A DNA stretch of 64,000 nt from assembly GCF_006345805.1 (NCBI RefSeq), contig NC_042997.1, positions 48,236,001 through 48,300,000 of the forward strand. The letters run 5' to 3'. The stretch comes from Octopus sinensis (taxonomy: Eukaryota). Below, piece after piece: positions 12,566 to 25,999 of this stretch. The translations under genes and the position numbers were made by a program. Position 1 is the stretch's first letter, and each line of letters starts with the position of its first letter. Under the pieces are notes generated by a model, which saw nothing but the letters and a program-made list of their open reading frames with translations, was not told the origin of the DNA and did not search any database.

Positions 12566-14445
12566 TGTAGTTTTATTTTTATAGCGTGCTTTCACTTCAC
12601 TACCGAGCGCAGCTCTGTGCCTTGGGTATGTGCTGTGATTTGTTGTGATGCTCTGATGGTTATTGTATGGAAAGTGTTCTGCGTAGGATGTGTGCAGTGC
12701 CTAGTAGTGCAATTTTCTGTATGTTATATGTGTTTGTAAGTCCTGGTGTTTTTGTTATGTATTTGTCTGAATATTTTTTTATCATGCCTAATGCACCTAC
12801 TATGATAGGAATTGTTTCTGTTTTCAGGTTCCACATTCTAGTTACCTCTATTTCCAGGTCTTTGTATTTTGAGAGTTTCTCCATTTCTTTTAGAGACACG
12901 TTGTCATCTGCCGGTATCGATACATCAATTAGAAAGCATTTTTTCTTCATGATCTCTGACAACTATATCTCGTCTGTTGGCCTTAATTTCTCTATCTGTG
13001 TGTATCGGCATATCCCAGAGTATGGTTGCTTTCTCGTTTTCTGTGACCTTTTCTGGTGTGTGCCTATACCATCTTTTTTCTGTTGTTATTCCATAATGTT
13101 GGCATAGCTTCCAATGTATGTAGGTTCCAACTCTGTCATGTCTGTGAATATATTCCTTCTTAGCCAGGACTGGGCAGCTAGAGATAATATGATTTATTGT
13201 TTCTTGTCCATCTCCGCATATTCTGCAGTTACTTGTAATATTTCTTTTCATTACATGTTTTTGGTAATTTCTGGTGGGGAGGCTTTGGTCTTGTGCTGCA
13301 ATTAAAAATCCTTCTGTTTCTGCTTTGAGTCCTGAGCTACTCAACCATTGCTGGGATTTTTCTTTGTCTATTTCTTTTGCGTTTAGTTTAGTGCAGTATT
13401 TACCATGAAGGGGCTTTTCTTGCCATCGTTTTATCATGGTTCGTTGCTGTTCTATTTTTAGTTTGGATTTCATTTGTTTTATAGCTTTTGTTGTTTCTTC
13501 ATCATCTTCTTCTTCTTCTTCGTGTTTATTAGGTGGTATGATTTCTCGTTTGTATTTGTCAGCTTCCTTAAATACTGAGAACAGTTTTTTGTTTTGCTCG
13601 TGTTTTGCTGCTATCTGGATCAGTTTTCCTTCCTTCTGAAGTAGGTATTTTTGCAGTCCCTATGGTGGTTATTTTATAGTAGTTTCCGCAGCTGTATAAG
13701 GCCTCTACCACCTTCTATACGTTGTATATATAGTCTTTCTATGTCAGATTTTGGGTGATGCATCCTAGATCCTGTCAGTATTTTTCTTGTTTTCTATCTA
13801 TTTTGGACAGTTCATTTCGTGTCCAGTTAAGGATATTGTAGCTGTAACTTATAACTGGGACAGCTAAAGTGTTGATACCTATTATCTTGTTTTTAGCATT
13901 GAGCTCTGTTTTTAGTATTGATCTAACTCGTCTATAATATTCTTTTTTTATTTTCTCTTTCATTTGTGTGTGTTGTGTCTTATCTAGTTCATGGATTCCT
14001 AAGTATTTGTAAGTTTGGCTTTGGTCTAATTCTTTTATTTCATTGGTTTTATCTAGCGTGATGTTGTTACTCTTAACTAGTTTTCCTCTTTTCATGGTTA
14101 CTTTGGCGCTTTTTCTAATCCAAATTTCATATCTATTTCCTTGGTAAATCCATGAACTGTCTTTAATAGTGTTTCCAGCTGTTTGTCATTTGCAGCGTAT
14201 AGTTTTAGGTCATCCATATATAAAAGGTGGCTGATCGTTTTGCCGTAACATTTATATCCGCATCCAGTTCTATTTAGCATATCAGATAGAGGTGACAGTG
14301 CCAAGCAGAAAAGGAGTGGAGAGAGCGTGTCTCCCTGGAAAATTCCTCTTCTAATGGGGATGTCTTTGGTTTTCATGAGTCCCTCTTTTGTTTGGAGGTG
14401 TAGGACTGTTTGCCATTTATTCATAGAGTGCTCTATTCATAGAGT
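12565..14445 (-). mobile_element. R4/Dong-like RLE non-LTR retrotransposon, 5'-truncated
   Basis: RT motifs GIFQGDTLSP and YMDDLKLY, CCHC knuckle CRICG..HIISSC, RHD, and RLE motif IDVSIPAD..KEMEKLSKY. (TAA)n lies at both ends. Confidence 0.9.
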
Positions 14446-14447
14446 GC

Positions 14448-14499
<52 letters not shown>

Positions 14500-17130
14500 T
14501 TTTTTTTTTCTTCTTTCAAATTTTCTTCCATTTCTTGCCGAGTGTCTTCCCGACTCCTAGGGCAAAGAAACTCATAGCATACATTGGTAGGCCATTAAAC
14601 CAAACTCAGTAGTTCGTTCATTTTAAATTAAAATACATGAGCAGCAACAGTTCTCACATCGACAATGCTCTTCTCAATACGTGTGATGTACCAGTTAAGA
14701 CAATCTTTTGCACTTCTTGCAGGGATGGTAAGCCAGGGATCATTCTCATATAATTTTCGGTTCTCTTCTTGATCATTCCTAGTGCTCCTACGATCACTGG
14801 TATTGTAACCGCCTTGAGATGCAACATTTTCTCAATTTCAATGAGTAGGTCTTTATATTTTCTGAGCTTGTCAACTCTTTCGCTGAGATATTATGATCAC
14901 AGGGGATGCTCATGTCGATCAATAAGCAAACTTTATTGTTTTGGCCTTTCACAACAATATCTGGTTTATTGGCCTTGATGGTTCGGTCTGTATGTACTGG
15001 AAAGTCCCACAGAATGGTTACATTTTCTCCTTCAGTTACAGCCTCAGGGTGGTGATTATACCACTTGTCGCAGTTTTGATATTGTAATGCCGACTTATTA
15101 GCCAGTGGAGATATTGGCCAACTCTGTCATGTCTTAATTTATACTCCACTGGTGCTAAGACTTTACATCCAGAGATTAGGTGGTCCACTGTTTCAATCAT
15201 GTCGTTGCAGAATCGGCATTTTGGGTCTGCTCCATTTTTCATCACATTGGCCTGGTAGTTCCGGGTTGATAGGCTTTGGTCTTGAGCACCAGGATGAAAC
15301 CTTCGCTCTCTGCTTTTAGCCCTGAGCTCCGCAGCCACTGATGGGTTTGCTTCTGGTCAACATCAGCTTGTTTGCTGCGGGTCACATATTTGCCGTGCAG
15401 AGGTTTCTCCTCCCACCTATCAGCCAATTGCTCGTGCGCTTTTTTCATTGCCATCATTTTCACCTTCTTTGCAACAATAGTTGCCGTACTTCCCTCGGGT
15501 TGTTCAGTTTGGGTATCCTGGACGAGATCAATAGCAAATTTTTTGCTTTCCTTGATGATAGAATGAAGCTTCTTTCGTCTCTCGTGATTTTCCACGAGCT
15601 TTAGCATCCAGTCATTCGTTATTTCGAGATATTTGGCCAGTCCAATTGTGGTTGTTTTGTAAGCTAGTTCAAATTGGATCAGGCCTCGACCTCCTTGGGC
15701 TCTGGGGAGGTAAAGGCGATCTACGTCTGCCTTTGGGTGGTGCATCCTATTACAACTCAGCAGCTTGCGTATTTTTCTATCTATATTCTTTACTTCACTC
15801 ATATTCCAGTTCAACACATTATAGCTATAAGTAACAACTGGAACTGCTAGGGAATTTATAGCTAACACCTTGTTACGTGCATTTAGTTCAGATTTCAGGA
15901 CTGCACGAACTCTCCTATAACATTCCTTCCTGATTTTCTCTTTCATGCTTGCATGCTGAATACCAGAGCCTTCATTTATCCCTAAATATTTGTATGTTTG
16001 TTCTTGCTCAAGCTCTCTAATGACTGTGTCAACATCTAACACGACTGAATTTGTGGTCTTCACTTTCCCTTTCTGGAAAGTGGCCTTGGCACACTTCTCA
16101 AGTCCAAACTCCATCCCGATGTCATCGCTGAATGATTTCACGGTGCGCAATAGGCCTTCAAGTTCCTTATTGTCTTTACCATAAAGTTTTAAGTCATCCA
16201 TATAAAATAGATGGCTTATTTTTTTATTGGCAATTTTATACCCATACCTTGTTCTGTTTAATTCACTTGTAAGGGGTATTAGGGCTATGCAGAATATTAA
16301 AGGTGAAAGTGAGTCACCTTGAAAAATTCCACAGTTGATGTTTATATTTTCTGAGGCAAGTACTCCATTAGAGTGGTATAATTGGAGATTCGTATTCCAC
16401 AACGACATATTGTGCTTCAGGAAGTTTGAAATCACGGGGGAAATTTTGAAGATGTCCAGCGATCTCAAGATCCATGGATGTGGTATACTGTCGAAGGCCT
16501 TTTTATAGTCAATCCATGCGTTGTTTTTTCGTTTTCCTGGCTATCTTTAACAGGTACAATAGAATTTCTTGTATCTTCAGGCCTTTGCGTACTTTGGTCA
16601 GATGGCAGTCTTTCAATTAAGCCTCGTGGCGGGCTATACTGTTCATCTGATTCTTCATTTCCTTTGTGTCATATTTATGTCATTTTCCGTTGCGTGCTTG
16701 ATCGCGCTTATTTCACTGTCTGTGAGTCTGTTATTTCTAAAGATATCCCTCCTCACATTTGCTAATTTGTTCTCGTCCAAATAGGGCCTACTGTCTTGAT
16801 TCCGTGTTCTCCATATACTGTAAGAGTTTGCGGTGTGCCTCTCTTGAGATGGCCTACCTAATGCATAGTAATAAGCGTATATTACTTCTTTATACTCTTC
16901 TCGGGTCCATTTGTTCCGCTTACATTTTTCTGTCTGTGGTGGTTGTGGTGGTGAACTTGGAGGGCTCGAGCTGGGGGATTTCCCGTTCAAGTGACCATCC
17001 ATGTCCGTATTCGGAGAAGAGTTTGTGCCAGTTGATGACTTTTCGATCCCAGGCTGGCTCTTCCCTGGGGTCGCGCTTCCAGATTAACCATAGGACAAGC
17101 GATTTGGTATACTGATTTAGTTTTCCTTTT
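14500..17130 (-). mobile_element. R4/Dong-like RLE non-LTR retrotransposon with internal deletion
   Basis: N-terminal ORF 16655..17002 (KWTREEYKEVIYAYYYA), RT ORF 15242..16468 (QGDSLSP, YMDD), CCHC + RHD ORF 15036..15338. The 3' end abuts (TAA)n. Confidence 0.9.
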
Positions 17131-17565
17131 AGTTTCCAAAAACATTTTGGTGCTACGATAATGTTATCATTTTTTTAGCTTTGATTGGCTCGTGGGGAGA
17201 CGGCCATCATTGCCGTTACAATTATAATCGTACCATTATAGCAGCCGTAGTCGGCTTATTATTGTTATTATCATCACCATTACCATCACTATCATCATTA
17301 TCACCACCATTACCATCATCATTATCATCATCACCATCACCATCACCACCACCATCATCAATGATATTGTTTTATGTGTAGTCACAGCAGTATCTTATTA
17401 TTGTTATTTTTGTTTTTTTATCATTATCACCATCACAGTAGTGTCTGTCTGTCTCGTTGGCTGGCTGACTGTCTTTTTTTTTTTTTTTTTTAGGTGCGGT
17501 CCTCTCGGTCAAAAAAAGTTCAGATGTTTACTACTATTAGGCTTAAGAAAAATTAAGGAAGGGCT

Positions 17566-18471
17566 GTTCTGTATTGTTTGTGAATAGAGAAGTTGTGTTC
17601 GACCAGAGAGAATCGTAGCATAATCATTTTTTTTTTTCCACGTGCGTTTGTGTTATTGCAATAAAAAGTGTTTGTATATTTCCTGTAAGGTAATATTGTG
17701 GAGGTTGAAGTTGACTTTTCTAGAGATGTTTGTATGTCCAGTTAGAAGAACAGGTGTGTTTTTACAATAAAAAGTATATGTTTACATTTATATTTGAATA
17801 TTCAGGGAGGAAGCAAAGAAAAGTCAGATTTTCATAGAAAGTTTTAGGGTTTTGTAAGTCCACAAAAAGAAAAAAAAGAAAAGCGTGATGCTTTTAGAGA
17901 GAAGAAGAAAAAAAAAAGGATGTTTACAGAGGCAATTGTGGGTATCAAAGTTTTTAAAGCTGGTCGAATGTATGATTGAAAACTGTAGATATGTAAATTT
18001 GTAAATTTTCTTAACTTATTTTGAAGGGGTGTCCTGTATTATTTGTGAATAGAGAAGCTGTGTTCGATCAGAGAGAATCTTAGCATCATTATTTTTTCCA
18101 TGTGCGTTTGTGTTATTGCAATAAAAAGTGTTTGTATATTTCGTGCAAGGTAATATTGTGGAGGTTGAAGTTGACCCCTCTAGAGATGTTTGTATGTCCA
18201 GTTAGAGGAACAGGTGTGTTTTGCAATAAAGAGTATATGTTTACATTTATATTTGAATATTCTGGGAGGAAGCAAGGAAAAGTCAGATTTTCATAGAAAG
18301 TTTTAGGGTTTTGCAAGTCCACAAAAAGAAAAGCGTGATATTTTTAGAGAGAAGAAAAAAAAGGGTGCTTACAGAGGCAGTTGTGGGTATTAAAGTTTTT
18401 AAGGCCGATCGGATGTATGTTTGAAAGCTGCAGATATGTAAATTTGTAAATTTCTTAACCCACTTTGAAGA
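17566..18471. repeat. Diverged direct tandem duplication (about 465-bp period), possibly of a decayed LINE ORF2 C-terminus
   Basis: tgtgaatagagaag..gtgttcga...gtaaatttgtaaattt..ttaac present at ~17566-18027 and ~18031-18471. Confidence 0.85.
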
Positions 18472-18632
18472 GAATTTCAAATACTCACGAGGTATTGTAG
18501 ATGTTCCAGTCTTTGAGAGTTATTTTTCCCCGTTGCTAAACTGGCCCATATTAGTGTTTCTATGGCTTTCAGCCACCGAACTGTCAGAGCACTGAGGAAC
18601 ACGTCCAGCCGCTGTCAAGGCTGGCGCTCTTC

Positions 18633-18840
<208 letters not shown>

Positions 18841-18912
18841 TTCAGGTCACTGCTTGGAATCGAACTCGGAACATTGGGGTTAGTAGCCCGCGCTCTTAAC
18901 CACTACGCCATA
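18841..18912 (-). mobile_element. tRNA-derived Pol III SINE head running into (AAT)n
   Basis: Minus strand tggcgtagtggttaagagcgcgggctactaaccccaatgttccgagttcgattcc has A-box TGGCGTAGTGG and B-box GAGTTCGATTCC. Second copy at 39352-39413. Confidence 0.7.
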
Positions 18913-19044
18913 TACCTGAAGAAGGCTGGAGAGTATATCAGCCGAAACGTTGTGTTAACAACAAACAAGATGAGGACAAATATCCGTCGAATGTAAATAA
19001 TGTAAACAATTTACATAATTTCTCATGTCTTAAATATAGAACTG
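18911..19044 (+). ncRNA. Hammerhead-ribozyme-bearing repeat module, copy 2
   Basis: CTGAAGA (18916-18922), then a, ggctg...cagcc, GAAACGTT (18944-18951), gtgtt. Confidence 0.7.
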
Positions 19045-19957
19045 AATTCGGAAGTAATTGATTCTTCCTCGATCACTGTGACTAAGGCACTCTTCATGAC
19101 CAGAAAGCTATCCAGACCAACGCAAATGGATAGCTATTTGGAAGCTGATGTGGTTCTAACATTATTGCCATGAGCTAATATGCAAGTCTTGGAAAGTGAA
19201 ATTATTGCGTAGCAAAAGCAAGCTCTACGAAAACTAAATCACCAGGTAACTTCACTTCACAACTGTACCAAACGTGTGTACTTTTGAGGATACTTTTTAG
19301 ACAGAAGTTAGTGACAGTTGTAGACTCACTCACAATTAAGAATGATTCGGCTGGTGCCGCATTTTACCGACTACAGAAGAGTGAAAATCAAATGTTTTAT
19401 TGGTGAGTTTTGAATTCTTATAAGGAAAATAGTAGCAACTAACTACTAAAATCATTCTCTCCAGAATTCGAACGATTCTGTGGATCAATCACAAGGATTC
19501 TTATTGATTTATCTGCCTTCAGTGGTTCAATTAAACTTAGGTAAATAAAAATATAGACCTCCACATATCCCATAAAGAAAAATGAAGGCATAAAGTTTGC
19601 AAAACAGTAGATATATACAAAATAGAGGGAAATATGGCTTTATTTCCGTATAAATGCAAAATAAAATTTAATAAATGAAAGTGAAGAGCAGTTACGGAAA
19701 ATATCCGGACGTGGATAAAAAATCACCAGTTATGTCAAGTTATACACGACGACTCTGACAGTGATCCTCTCGTATTAAATCCGGATGACCTAATGGTGCC
19801 AGAAAGCATATAGTGAGAGTCATTGTTCTCTAAGTATTCCCTGTTTTATACTCCAAGATCATTGATATGTTAACCAAGAATGTTCTGCATACGCAAGACT
19901 TTTGTAATCGGCTCTTCTTCCCCATATATTACATAGTCGTTATCTACTTGTGAATGA

Positions 19958-20177
19958 AGGCAACAAGCTGGCAGAACAGTTAGCATGCCGTACAAAATGC
20001 TTAGCGGCATTTTGTCCCTTTTTATGTTCTGAATTCAAATTTCTCCGAAGTCAATTTTGTCTTTCATGCTTTCGGGGTCGATGACAAAAAGTACCAATTG
20101 AGCACAGGGGTTGATGTGATCGACAACCCCCCCCCCAGCAAACATTTTAGGCCTTGTGCCGACAGTAGAAAAGATTA
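19958..20177 (+). mobile_element. SINE family A, diverged
   Basis: Homology to 3259-3452. Confidence 0.75.
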
Positions 20178-20274
20178 TCAATTTCTGAAGGCCCAGCCTG
20201 GCATTGCGCTTCGTTCCCATGATAATGAATTTACCCCATCTTGTTGATTTTAGAATAGCCACTAACTCTTTTAT

Positions 20275-20498
20275 AGCTGGCAGAAACGTTAGCACGCCGG
20301 GCGAAATGCGTAGCCGTATTTCGTCTGCCGTTACGTTCTGGGTTCAAATTCCGCCGAGGTCGACTTTGCTCTTCATCCTTTCGGGGTCGATAAATTAAGT
20401 ACCAGTTACGCACTGGGGTCGATGTAATCGACTTAATCCGTTTGTCAGTCCTTGTTTGTCCCCTCTGTGTTTAGCCCCTTGTGGATAATAAAGAAATA
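20275..20498 (+). mobile_element. SINE family A, young copy
   Basis: Near-identical to the reverse complements of 7758-7989 and 41974-42208. Confidence 0.85.
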
Positions 20499-21309
20499 TA
20501 TTTTATACCTCGACCTTCTTCAGGTTTTCTCCCCCATTCCCTTCACTGACATCCAGCTTCGATATGCTTCCTGTCATTAAAAGAGGAGGGAGTGGTCCTG
20601 CTGGGCGGTGATGTCTTGGGTTTATCAGCTCCAGGAACATATGTCACGGTAATACCTTCCATCATTATTAGGGAAGTTAGTAATTTTATTCACATCGCAA
20701 ATAATTACGAGAAACAAGGGTGACTGCCACATTATTTTCATTAGAAGTACGTGTCGGTTTTTATTTCATTAAATTATTTGATTAGCAGAATCGTTAAACA
20801 AGGGAGTTACGTGCCTAATGCTATTTATGTTATGTGTCAAAAGCTATTTATCTTTTGATTTTAAATTCTGAAGCGATCGGTTTAGTTCTTCATTCTTCTG
20901 TAGTCGACAAAATAAATCCCAGGTTATTCTAGAATTGAACACAGTGCTAACATTCTACAGAATGTGTGATATTTTGCCAAAATTAGAAGTCCTTATCATA
21001 TCTCGTTAGAGAGAAGTAGGTGGAGGCCTCCCCAAGAAACAGGATCGAGACTAATTTTTATCAATTTCATTTACCTGACAGCTCTATAGATAAGGTATTC
21101 ATACAACTATAAACTTTTCACTGTTTTGAGAAAGGTGTCACCATTGCAACGTTCAGTATTCATGTTTATATAGCAAACTATTTTCACATGAACTTAAATT
21201 TGTTGAGTAGTCAATCACTAGGAGTCTTATAGAATAAATAATGAACATTTGTTGAATATTTAATATTCTTCGCTCATCAAAGTAGGAATTTCTTTTTCTG
21301 CCCTTACAG

Positions 21310-21336
21310 GTATTCTTCAATGCAAGAGCATTACAG
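21310..21336 (+). other. Candidate 27-nt micro-exon
   Basis: tttctttttctgcccttacag|GTATTCTTCAATGCAAGAGCATTACAG|gtaact: polypyrimidine acceptor plus CAG|gtaa donor in non-repetitive DNA. Confidence 0.35.
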
Positions 21337-21562
21337 GTAACTTTGTACTAAGTAATGTAGTGCCTAGTGTGGAGCTCCTTAATCTCTTTGATTTCGTGAT
21401 AGACTGGTGATTAAATAAACAATTATTTGTGTACTGCAGATAAAATGAAGCAAAATAAAAATTACTCATGCCGAAATTTAAACAAAACTAGGTTTTATTT
21501 TAATATATATATATATTGTGTGTGTGTGTGTGGTGTGTGTGTGTGTGTGTGTGTGTGTGTTG

Positions 21563-21593
<31 letters not shown>

Positions 21594-22086
21594 TGTGTGT
21601 GTGTGTGTGCCTGCGTGCGTGTGTATGTTTATTTTATTGAATTATTTTTATGTGTAAGATAATTATGAATAACGTATCATAATTCCAAAAATCTTTGAAT
21701 ATTTCCCAATGCTTTCAACTATATTATTATAAACCCATGGCGCACAGTTTGAAAGATACCGTTCTACTGTATAAAACAGATTCAGTATTGTCTAATTCTT
21801 TTGGACAGACATGGAGATGATTATATATCATTTCATCTCTAAAAACATGTATTCATATGCCTAATTAAATGTCTCTAGTACAGCGTAATATTCTTGTTAA
21901 TATCTGCGATCTTTGTTGCCTGACTCACTTTAGTGCTCAAGTCTCAGTTGGATTTAAATTGCCTTTGGTCTTTCCGTAGTCGAGAAATTAATTATCTAAT
22001 GATTCAAATAAATATTTCACTTACAAAAGATCTATACATAAAGTTAAAATAAAGAAACAATTTTTCTTGTTTGGAACTTGTTGCAG

Positions 22087-22208
22087 CTGTACAAGTTCAA
22101 ATTCACCGAAAGGGCACTTCATTTTACATTGACTTAGTTCAACGTGTTGTACAGATGCATATCCTCGCAGTTAACGGACATATGACCTGTGCAGAGATTT
22201 TGTGTTTG
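22087..22208 (+). other. Candidate 122-nt exon
   Basis: ttgttgcag|CTGTAC...TGTTTG|gtaagt with one open frame (AVQVQIHRKGTSFYIDLVQRVVQMHILAVNGHMTCAEILCL). Product not recognised. Confidence 0.35.
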
Positions 22209-22809
22209 GTAAGTCAAATAAGGTTATTTGCCATGCCATTCTTAAAGCTGCAGAAATCTGATAGAATTGCATTATACTGCAATATCTATGTAACAATTTC
22301 TGCTGCGCAAAGTAACATATGAGAAGCTGGCAGTTATGCAGAATCTATGATACACATTATATTCTAAAGTTTAACGGAAATAATCGAATACTTCCCAGAG
22401 TTGTATTTGTTAACACGAAAGTAATATACTCCTTGTCAGAGTATATACTCCTTGTCAAGTGCATCACATATTTTGCCAATACTATCTCAAAACGGGATTG
22501 TTTCGGTAGGTAAAATACCAGTGTTTGTAGGCAAAAAAATCATTACATGACTCACATTGTTTCGGGAATATTCGTAAATGGTTGTGTCTGTAAAAGAGGA
22601 GCTCAGAGAATAATGAATTGATCCACACTAGTTTTCACACTCGGCTAGTAATAATAATGACGTTTAAACGGAGAGCAAAAGAAAAGGAACTAAATTTAGA
22701 AGTAGAGAAAAAGAAGGGAGAAATTGCAAACCATGTTTTGACATCGAGTACGGGGTAACATTAAAATGCTTTAAAATTACAGGAGCTCCAATTTTTTCAT
22801 ACATACACA

Positions 22810-23170
22810 CATAGTAAATATCTCTTTGAAAATCAAAGAAAAAGATGATATCTATGGACAACTGCTTCGAAACATCCAGTTTAAATATCCAGACTATGAA
22901 TTTATATACTTACCAATAATAATTGGAGCATTAGGTTTTGTTAGTAAATGCCTAAAGGAGAATCTGGATGAACTGGGAAATCCACCGGCTAATTCGCACA
23001 TTAGAAGTGCAATCTGTGAGCTAACAGTAAAAATATAGAAGACATTTTCTCAAGTTCCAAATGTGAATTTGTTTGTGTCAACAACATCATCCCAAAGCAG
23101 GAGACTTGTATCTTTATTGGAACCCAGCACCCTTCTCAGTGGAAGATTTATAATAATTAAAAATTGAAGA
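22810..23170 (+). mobile_element. RLE-type non-LTR 3' end (same family as 1725-2325)
   Basis: ORF 22826..23038 (KIKEKDDIYGQLLRN..IIIGALG) and a shared 3' UTR. Confidence 0.8.
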
Positions 23171-23309
23171 AACACATACATACATATATATATACATACA
23201 TATATATATATATATGTATATATATATTTATATATATATAGATAGATAAAACTTACATGGAAATGGTTGCGTAGCGTTCGATCATATAATAATATGAATA
23301 ATATTACTG

Positions 23310-25416
23310 ACAGCCAGACGCTTTGCAAATAGGTATTGGCAGGAAATCTGTCAGAGTATCCAGTCAGCTGCTGACAGGGGCGACACCCGTGGGATGTATG
23401 CTGGTTTGAAGAAGGTCCTCGGTCCATCCGCAACCAAGTCAGCCCCTCTGAAATCAACTACTGGAGATCTCATCAGGGATCAAGGCATGCAAATGGATAG
23501 ATGGGTGGAGCACTACCAGGATCTCTACTCACGGGAGACTACAGTGGCTGAGGATGCATGTCGAGAGTGTTAAGATCTTGCCAGTCATGTGCAAACTTGA
23601 CAGTCCGCCATCTATAGCAGAGCTCACCAAGGCTGTTGACTCCCTAGCAAGAAACAAGGCTCCGGGAAAAGACGGCATCCCCTCAGAGATCATCAAAGCT
23701 GGCAAAAACACCATCCTGCTTCGGCACCTTCATGAGCTTCTGTGTCAGTGCTGGGAAGAGGGTACAGTCCCTCAGGATATGTGGGATGCTAACATCATTA
23801 GGCTTTACAAAAACAAAGGTGACCGTGGTGATTGTAACAATTACCGTGGTATATCTCTTCTAAGCACTGTTGGAAAGACCTTTGCCCGCGTTATCCTGGC
23901 CAGGCTACAACTACTTGCTTCTCGAATCTATCCGGAATCGCAGTGTGGCTTTAAAAGAAGCAGATGAACTATTGACATGATATTCTCCATACGCCAACTT
24001 CAGAAATCCAGAGAGCAGAAAATGCTATTATATATGGCCTTCATTGATCTAACAAAGGCTTTTGACTCGTTAAACAGAACAGGCCTCTTCATCCTGCTCC
24101 AAAAAATCGGATGTCCACCAAAGCTGCTGAGGATCATGAAGTCTTTCCATGGTGACATGCAAGGCACCATACAGCTCAACGGTTCAACATCAGCCGCCTT
24201 CCAAATAAAAAACGGGGTAAAGCAAGGTTGCGTCCTCGCTCCTACATTGTTTGGCATCTTCTTCTCGCTCTTACTCTCACATGCCTTTCAGACATCAGAT
24301 GATGGAGTGTTTCTGCACAGTAGAATTGACGGGAAACTGTTCAATCTCTCGCGCCTATGTGCCAAGACCAAAATCAGAAACGTCCTGATCAAGGAGATGC
24401 TATTTACCGATGATGCCGCTCTGGTATCACACAGAGAAGAAACCCTCCAAAGGCTCATTAACTGTTATGAGCAAGCATGTAACGACTTTGGCTTAGCTAT
24501 CAGCCTTAAGAAGACCAACATCATGGGTCAGGCTACATCGGACATCCCAAACATACATATTGGAGACCACAAATTACAAGAGGTGGAGAAGTTTACCTTT
24601 CTGGGCTCTACCGTCACCTACAACCTATCCCTTGATGCTGAGCTCAATATACGCATTGGCAAGGCAGCTGCTGCGATGGCCCAACTCTCCAAACGGGCTT
24701 GGGACAACAATAAGCTGACCAAGACCACGAAAATGAAGATCTACCAGGCATGTGTACTTAGCACTCTACTGTATGGAAGTGAGACTTGGACTCTATACAC
24801 ACGCTAAGAGCGTCGCCTAAACATCTTTCACTTGCGCTGCCTCCGAAAAATCCTCCGCATCAAATGGCAGAATCATATCCCCAACAAAGATGTCCTCAGG
24901 CAAGCAGGAAAACCAAGCATGTTTGCACTCCTCACACAAAGACGTATGAGATGGCTTGGGCATGTTAGCCGTATGAAAGATGGCAGAATCCCCAAGGACA
25001 TACTCTACGGAGAGCTTGCTAGGGGTACTAGGTCTGTGGGTAGACCGATCTTACGTTACAAGGATGCTTGCAAAAGGGACATGAAGGCCTGCAACATCAA
25101 TATTAGCGGTTGGGAGGCAGTTGCCAGCAACTGTGGAGAATGGCGACGTACCGTAAAAGAGGGAATACAAAGGAGTGACAGAAAGAGAGAGGAGAATTGG
25201 AAAGAAAAGAAGAGACGTCAACAAGAGACTATGGCACTACAACCAGCCAGGAACAGTCTTCGCTACATTTGCGGTACCTGCCAGAGGGAGTGTTTGTACA
25301 AGATAGGACTACACAGCCACAGCAGGCAATGTATCAGGACATGAAATATAAAAGCCGGACTAGACTACTTTGTGCGCAACTCCATTGTCTCCCGAGACAA
25401 AAAGGATACAACAACA
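23310..25416 (+). mobile_element. RTE/BovB-like LINE, 5'-truncated, with RT and intact-looking 3' end
   Basis: NYRGISLLS, ESQCGF, FIDLTKAFD, GVKQGCVLAP, LFTDD, LYGEL and C-terminal C2H2 CGTC..HSHSRQC. Tail ccattgtctcccgagac..acaacaac. Several stops and frameshifts. Confidence 0.92.
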
Positions 25417-25459
25417 TATATATATATATAGTGGTTTTGTCTCGAATAATATTTTATAT

Positions 25460-25490
<31 letters not shown>

Positions 25491-25491
<1 letters not shown>

Positions 25492-25808
25492 CATACCTAC
25501 ATACATATGTATATATACATGCATATAAGGGTACAGGACGTCAAAAGAAACAAACGTGAACAAAAGGAGAATCGAGTACATAAAAAACAAAAACATTGAA
25601 AACGAACTTTTTTCGAACAACGAAAGAAACAAATAGAGAAACGATACAGGCAACAAATAGAACATTAGGAATGTTTCTTTCGTTGTTCGAAAAAAAGTTC
25701 GTTTTCCATGTTTTTGCATTTTATGTTCTCGTTTCTCATTTTGTTCACGTTTTTTTGACGTCCTGTACCCATATTTGCATGTACATATACATATGTATGT
25801 AGGTATGT
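25491..25808. repeat. Fold-back element (about 140-bp imperfect arms, 40-bp spacer) in TA-rich microsatellite
   Basis: Arms 25491-25631 and 25672-25808 are reverse complements. Confidence 0.85.
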
Positions 25809-25937
25809 ACATATATGTATGTATCTATGCATATATATATTATTATATATTATTATTATATTATTATTATCATCATCATCATTATTATTATTATTATTAT
25901 ATTATTATTATTATTATATTATTATTATTATTATTAT

Positions 25938-25994
<57 letters not shown>

Positions 25995-25999
<5 letters not shown>

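Noticed and set aside
18841-18912. Functional tRNA gene (ACT anticodon-like loop)
   Set aside because: No proper acceptor stem, it runs into (AAT)n, and a diverged second copy lies in repeat context. Better explained as a SINE head.
25491-25808. miRNA precursor or terminator interpretation of the fold-backs (also 27857-27999)
   Set aside because: Long arms, large spacers and embedding in (TA)n match TE-derived inverted repeats, and no expression evidence is available.
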